From the IMG/VR virus record IMGVR_UViG_3300045996_002303, positions 1 to 60,958 of that record: a stretch of DNA of 60,958 bases; one strand, written 5' to 3'. The notes beneath the pieces were generated by a model. That model saw nothing but the letters and a program-made list of their open reading frames with translations. It ran no database searches and had not been told where the DNA came from. The translations under genes and the position numbers were made by a program. Source of the DNA: a virus. Its lineage: Duplodnaviria > Caudoviricetes. Within the stretch, counting starts at the first letter, position 1. Each line of letters begins with the position of its first letter. Below, in pieces: positions 56,278 to 60,958 of this stretch.

Positions 56278-56835
56278 ATGACACTTCACGACCTCGCAGT
56301 CAAATACGGAACTGATAAGTTGCAGCACGGCTATATCCCCTTTTACGAAATGTCCCTGCCAAAAGAACCTAAACGTATTTTAGAGATCGGCGTAAAAGAA
56401 GGGGCAAGCTTGGGGGTGTGGGCGGAATACTTCCCTAATGCGGAAATTCACGGCCTTGATCTTTTTATAGAAAATGAAATCAGGAATGTCTATTACAATA
56501 TAGATCGTTTATCTGAAGGTAAACTTAAGTTCGACCGGTTTACAATGCACCAAGGCAACCAATGTGATTGGCAAATATTGGAACTATTACGCAATCTTGA
56601 TTTCGACGTAATAATAGACGACGGCTCCCACAATAGCCGTGACCAATTGATGACCTTCTTTGGGTTGTATAATGGTAAACACTATTTTATAGAAGACTTA
56701 CAATGCAATGATGAAGAATTTTACAGCCAGGGTTTGCCGGCGTCGATGCGGGCAGCAAATATATTCAGAGGTTTGCCTATTAATGGAATTGTCAAGGATT
56801 GTCAATCGCCAATTGTTTTAATTTCGAATTTATGA
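56278..56835 (+). CDS. SAM-dependent methyltransferase (MycE/TylE-like sugar O-methyltransferase)
   Basis: KYGTDK..HGY, ILEIGVKEGASL, FDVIIDDGSH, YFIEDL. Confidence 0.82.
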   Translation: MTLHDLAVKYGTDKLQHGYIPFYEMSLPKEPKRILEIGVKEGASLGVWAEYFPNAEIHGLDLFIENEIRNVYYNIDRLSEGKLKFDRFTMHQGNQCDWQILELLRNLDFDVIIDDGSHNSRDQLMTFFGLYNGKHYFIEDLQCNDEEFYSQGLPASMRAANIFRGLPINGIVKDCQSPIVLISNL

Positions 56836-56977
56836 TTAAAGTAGGGGACATAGTTTTTCATAAACTTAGTAAGCTACTTTTTCGGTGTGAAAATAAAAAA
56901 CATGAAAGGTGGATGAACATGAACGAATTCTACCATAAAACAGAGTTAAAAGAAATCGACTACAATAAAATAGAATC

Positions 56978-57604
56978 ATGCTCCTAAACTTCCCCACCCT
57001 CGTCAATAAATACTCCATCAAAGCCAACGGCTGCATCCATGTAGGCGCTCATTTCGCGCAAGAACATGCCGATTACGTTGCGGCCGGCATAAAGCGTTTC
57101 GTATATATCGAGCCCTGCGCAGCCGCTTTTAATATTCTAAAAAATAAGTTCTCCGCACATCATCATATACAATTGTTCAATGTAGCGTGTGGTGAGGTAG
57201 AGTGTGAACAAGTCATGTATACTGGCAGTCAGAACGAAGGACAGAGCAACAGTCTGCTGAAGATGGATAAACACTTGAAGATCCACCCGGGTATAACTCT
57301 GCCGAATACCGAGATTGTAACGGTAAAGAGATTGGACAGTCTTGGCCTTGCTCACAAAGGATATCAATTACTGGTGATGGATTGCCAGGGTTTCGAAGGG
57401 CGGGTATTAAAAGGCGCCAAAGAAACACTGAAGCAGGTTAATTACGTGTATACTGAAGTGAATAAAGATGAAGTATATCAAGGTTGTACGCTGGTTAATG
57501 AACTTGACGAGTTACTGCATGAATTCGAACGTGTAGAAACGGGTCAATGGGTTGGCGGCATGTGGTCTGACGCATTGTATATTAGAAAAACCCGACTGGG
57601 ATGA
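56978..57604 (+). CDS. FkbM family methyltransferase
   Basis: IHVGAH, IEP, LLVMDCQGFEGRVLKGA, YTEV, DALY. Confidence 0.88.
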   Translation: MLLNFPTLVNKYSIKANGCIHVGAHFAQEHADYVAAGIKRFVYIEPCAAAFNILKNKFSAHHHIQLFNVACGEVECEQVMYTGSQNEGQSNSLLKMDKHLKIHPGITLPNTEIVTVKRLDSLGLAHKGYQLLVMDCQGFEGRVLKGAKETLKQVNYVYTEVNKDEVYQGCTLVNELDELLHEFERVETGQWVGGMWSDALYIRKTRLG

Positions 57605-58461
57605 TCAGAAAAACGACATACCCGAGAACACATGTGGCGCACAGGCCAAAAACAATTCTGCCTACCCCGTTAGAGTTCCGGATTAAACATCCATTCCCAT
57701 ACCCATCTGACAACCTGCACGAGTTCGAACGATGGTTTTTCGACAATACTTTGCCCGATGAAATAACCGGAAGGATTTATGTTCCTATATTCTGGACAGG
57801 TTATTGGGTAAGTAATAATTATGGTAAAAAAGAACGCGGCCGCAACAATATGCAGCGGTTTATTGACAACCTGCCTCGGGATAAAAAGTACTTTACCATA
57901 TGCCAATACGATGATGGCCCAATGGTTGATTTTAAAGACCTCGACATCGTTGTGTTTGGTATGTCTGGAGGCCGTATTGATTACCCTATCCCTTTACTTT
58001 GCCAGCCTCATGGATTTAAGTTCGATTGTAAGCGAGATATATTCGCATCGTTTATTGGAGGAGACACACACCCAATAAGAAAGGAGCTGGTGAAGCAGTT
58101 TGCCGGCGTGAAGGACTGTGTAGTGAACTTTAAGAAAGTACCACTGAAAGAATACTGTAATATCTTGGCCCGGACAGTGTTCGCATTATGCCCGCGCGGG
58201 TACGGAAAAAGTAGCTTTAGGATTGCGGAGGCAATACAGTATGGGGCGATTCCGGTATATGTGAGCGATGAGTTCGTGTTACCTTATAATGACGATTTCC
58301 CTGGTTTAGTTGTTAACGGTAACACGAATGTTCTTGAACTAATATACGGGCACGGCTGTCCCAATTATGCTAAACAATTCAGGCAACAAATAGAGCAGGC
58401 TAAACGCCATTACACTTACGAGGGCTGCAAAAAACGTATACTCGAAGAAGTTAACAAATGA
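57601..58461 (+). CDS. Exostosin-like glycosyltransferase (GT47)
   Basis: RDIFASFIG, FALCPRGYGKSSFRIAEAIQYGAIPVYVSD. Confidence 0.85.
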   Translation: MIRKTTYPRTHVAHRPKTILPTPLEFRIKHPFPYPSDNLHEFERWFFDNTLPDEITGRIYVPIFWTGYWVSNNYGKKERGRNNMQRFIDNLPRDKKYFTICQYDDGPMVDFKDLDIVVFGMSGGRIDYPIPLLCQPHGFKFDCKRDIFASFIGGDTHPIRKELVKQFAGVKDCVVNFKKVPLKEYCNILARTVFALCPRGYGKSSFRIAEAIQYGAIPVYVSDEFVLPYNDDFPGLVVNGNTNVLELIYGHGCPNYAKQFRQQIEQAKRHYTYEGCKKRILEEVNK

Positions 58462-58823
58462 CTGTACTGCACAAAATAGATATCCCTAACATTGATCTGG
58501 AAAACCAGAAAGTAACGGATTTCACTGAATTGTCATTGGAGATCCGGGACAACAGTGTCATGTATAGCGTCCGGTTTTATGCCGATGAACCAAAGGACGA
58601 AAATGATAAGGAGTTAGGATGGGAGAATGTTTTTAATTCATTTAAAACGGTGGCAGCTAAACAAAATATTGCCGGCATTGAAATAAGCTGGTTAAACCAT
58701 GCAAAGAAATGGTCTGTAATGATTCTTGTTAACGGATTTTCCAATGATATAAAAATGTACTTCAAAAGAGAGGGTGAAGCAAAAGCCTTATTTGATAAAC
58801 TACACAAATGGCTGTATGAATAA
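58458..58823 (+). CDS. Hypothetical protein
   Basis: Coupled ORF. Confidence 0.55.
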   Translation: MTVLHKIDIPNIDLENQKVTDFTELSLEIRDNSVMYSVRFYADEPKDENDKELGWENVFNSFKTVAAKQNIAGIEISWLNHAKKWSVMILVNGFSNDIKMYFKREGEAKALFDKLHKWLYE

Positions 58824-59436
58824 GCTATCAATAATAATTCCCTACCGTAACAGGGCTCAACACTTGGCTAAATTCCTTAAACATTACAGGCCAAAGTTTC
58901 CAGATGCGGAATTCCTAGTAATTGAGCAATCGCTAAATAAACAGTTCAATCGGGGGTTAATCAAGAACATCGGAGCCTTACAATCAGAAGCCGACTACTT
59001 CATCTTCCACGATGTTGATATGCTGGTGCAGGGACCGGCTAATTACTCATATCCTGAACACCCGACCCACCTGGCAACCCAGGCTAGTCAGTTCGGTTGG
59101 CAAATGCCACACGAAAAGTATTTTGGTGGAGTAGTTGCGTTCAACCGCGCCGATTTTGAAAAGATTAATGGTTATAGCAACCAGTTTTGGGGATGGGGTG
59201 GCGAGGATGACAGCCTTTATTATTCAGTATTAGCCAATGAATTACAGATAGAAAGGCGGGAGCATCGTTATTTATCTCTCCCCCATCCAAAAGACAACCC
59301 CATAGGTTTCGATCCTGCAAAAATGGCTCAGGCGAAAAAGCCAAGAAAGGCAAAAGACGGCCTGAATAACTGTAAATTTAAGATAATCGCAGAGCGCCCA
59401 ATCCCGCAGGGTAGAATTATAACAGTTGATATATAG
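58816..59436 (+). CDS. Glycosyltransferase family 7 (beta-1,4-galactosyltransferase-like)
   Basis: IIIPYRNR, FNRGLIKNIG, FHDVDML, YFGGV, INGYSNQFWGWGGEDD. Confidence 0.9.
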   Translation: MNKLSIIIPYRNRAQHLAKFLKHYRPKFPDAEFLVIEQSLNKQFNRGLIKNIGALQSEADYFIFHDVDMLVQGPANYSYPEHPTHLATQASQFGWQMPHEKYFGGVVAFNRADFEKINGYSNQFWGWGGEDDSLYYSVLANELQIERREHRYLSLPHPKDNPIGFDPAKMAQAKKPRKAKDGLNNCKFKIIAERPIPQGRIITVDI

Positions 59437-59471
59437 AATTATTTGTACTTTTTGGGCCTAAAACCCAAAAA

Positions 59472-59861
59472 ATGAGACACTTCTACTTATTCATTGCAAC
59501 AGTTATCCTGGCTGGATGCGCAAACAGAAAAGCTGAAATCGTTGAAGAAATTAAGGCCACAAAAGCTAAACTATATGATGCTGAATCTCAAAGAAGTAAA
59601 TATAAATCAGCATCTAATAAGCTAAGCGCATACCATACCGCACTCGACGCAAGCAGGAAATATAAGTCTAAGCAAATGGAAATGGACGCACAGGCTTATA
59701 AAGAAGGGTATGAAATGGCGATTCAGCATTTAAAAGATGTTTCCCCAAATATTCTTAAGGATCGAAAAAAACTGGATTCTGTTGCTTTAAAGTATGAACT
59801 AAAAACATGGGAACTACAACACCAACTTGATTCATTAGAGCTAGAGCTAAAAAAATACTAA
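59472..59861 (+). CDS. Putative lipoprotein (coiled coil)
   Basis: LAGC lipobox. Confidence 0.7.
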   Translation: MRHFYLFIATVILAGCANRKAEIVEEIKATKAKLYDAESQRSKYKSASNKLSAYHTALDASRKYKSKQMEMDAQAYKEGYEMAIQHLKDVSPNILKDRKKLDSVALKYELKTWELQHQLDSLELELKKY

Positions 59862-60040
59862 CCCTCCTCTTTCTCAATTTCAATATAACAACTCGCACAT
59901 GCTATCTGTTCTAAAGGAGTTGCTTGCATGCTTATTACCGTATGTAATTGAAACTGTTTCCAATAAATAGGCTCATGACATACTATGCACGGCTCGCCTG
60001 TACATGGTACCTCTCTCCATTCTAATTCAAAATTGATCAT
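59858..60040 (-). CDS. Small zinc-binding protein
   Basis: CIVC...CASC; coupled to the minor head gene. Confidence 0.5.
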   Translation of the reverse strand: MINFELEWREVPCTGEPCIVCHEPIYWKQFQLHTVISMQATPLEQIACASCYIEIEKEEG

Positions 60041-60958
60041 TAACTATTTGCTGACTTCCAGGCTTTGTAGGCCGATGTCGCATAAACGCGCTCTTTATCA
60101 GATTGCGGCACCTGACGCTCGTTGACGGGTCGTATACTATGCCCGCACCGGTACCCTCCGCGTCTGATAAAGAAATTGCTTGCATCAGTTCCCGGTATCA
60201 TGCCGGAAGGTAATCCGGTTTTTTCATAAATCATAACTGGCTCGCGCTTACCGGTCTTTTTATTGATGTATGTTAACCCCTCGGCTCGGAGAAGTGCCGG
60301 CACTTCGCTAATGTGAAAGTAAGGTCGGTCAGTCATCGCATCGCAGAAAGGGCGGGTTGTTAATATGTCTGTGTTATCGTATTTAAACCATTCATAACCA
60401 AGGTCATTAGAGACAATCTGAGTGTATTGGTTGCTATATTGATTAACTGCATCAGTAGTTATTTGCCCAACATATTTTTCTAATGTTCCAGGTGTCTGCG
60501 TACTCACCAGGTTCTCCCATAATTGTTCTGTTAATTTTTTATAACTCCCCCCTGTTGTTATATTGGTCCGAAGGATATCGGCGATAGGTTCAGCGATATT
60601 GGCGCCAATCCCTGCTTCTGTGAGCTTAGAAACGGTATCGGTGATTGCCTGTTCTTTAATTGCCAGTAATAAGGGCTTGGGCTTAAATGTGGACTCAACG
60701 GCCCGCCAATAATTGTTCTGCAGGCTGGTTATCTCATTAAACGATTTGGCGAAGTCCTTTACCTCTGCTTTATACTCCTCTGTAAGTATTATCCGATTCA
60801 GTTTATTTTTAATAGAATTGATTAATGACAGGTTCTTGACTGTTGTTTTTATCCGGCCATCCTGAAGATCCAATTTCCGTAAATCTTCCTGAAATGAATC
60901 GTAGATATCCTTCTGAATAGACGGTATACGTTTATTCATATTCGATATAGAGTCGTTG
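60040..60958 (-). CDS. Minor head protein (SPP1 gp7/Mu gpF-like), 3' part; start at 159 across the junction
   Basis: TRPFC and GGYRCGHSIRPV motifs; downstream of portal. Confidence 0.78.
   Translation of the reverse strand, partial: NDSISNMNKRIPSIQKDIYDSFQEDLRKLDLQDGRIKTTVKNLSLINSIKNKLNRIILTEEYKAEVKDFAKSFNEITSLQNNYWRAVESTFKPKPLLLAIKEQAITDTVSKLTEAGIGANIAEPIADILRTNITTGGSYKKLTEQLWENLVSTQTPGTLEKYVGQITTDAVNQYSNQYTQIVSNDLGYEWFKYDNTDILTTRPFCDAMTDRPYFHISEVPALLRAEGLTYINKKTGKREPVMIYEKTGLPSGMIPGTDASNFFIRRGGYRCGHSIRPVNERQVPQSDKERVYATSAYKAWKSANS
60832..60958. repeat. Terminal direct repeat, copy 2
   Basis: Identical to 1-127. Confidence 0.97.

Larger units (their letters stand above)
1..60958. mobile_element. 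Complete temperate phage genome (siphovirus-like, probable Bacteroidota host), excised/circular form
   Basis: Terminase, portal, capsid, tape measure, integrase with intact attP, repressor switch, endolysin; circular; no host housekeeping genes. Confidence 0.93.

Noticed and set aside
55709-57604. DNA methyltransferases or a restriction-modification system
   Set aside because: No DPPY/NPPY or PC motifs; motifs fit sugar or small-molecule O-methyltransferases

Overview
The window is a complete, circular temperate dsDNA tailed phage genome of about 60,831 bp: bases 1-127 are repeated exactly at 60832-60958. The host is most likely a Bacteroidota (Bacteroidetes-type tyrosine integrase, TAnnTTTG promoter boxes, AT-rich leaders without SD sequences). 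Modules: head, tail and packaging genes in an unusual permuted order; a long leftward early operon (primase-helicase, initiator with iterons, ERF, Gp157, YopX, HNH nucleases, two atypical tRNA-like genes); a cro/cI switch; integrase with an attP carrying a tRNA 3' end; lysis genes; and a 7-kb opposite-strand block of glycosyltransferases and methyltransferases. The most striking signal is a solo Cas7/RAMP-like gene (33360-33920) flanked on both sides by non-coding arrays with strict 5-nt periodicity (GTN + variable dinucleotide on the transcribed strand), with no CRISPR array or other cas gene. This is a candidate phage RNA-guided system. All product calls come from motifs and synteny read by eye; no searches were run.
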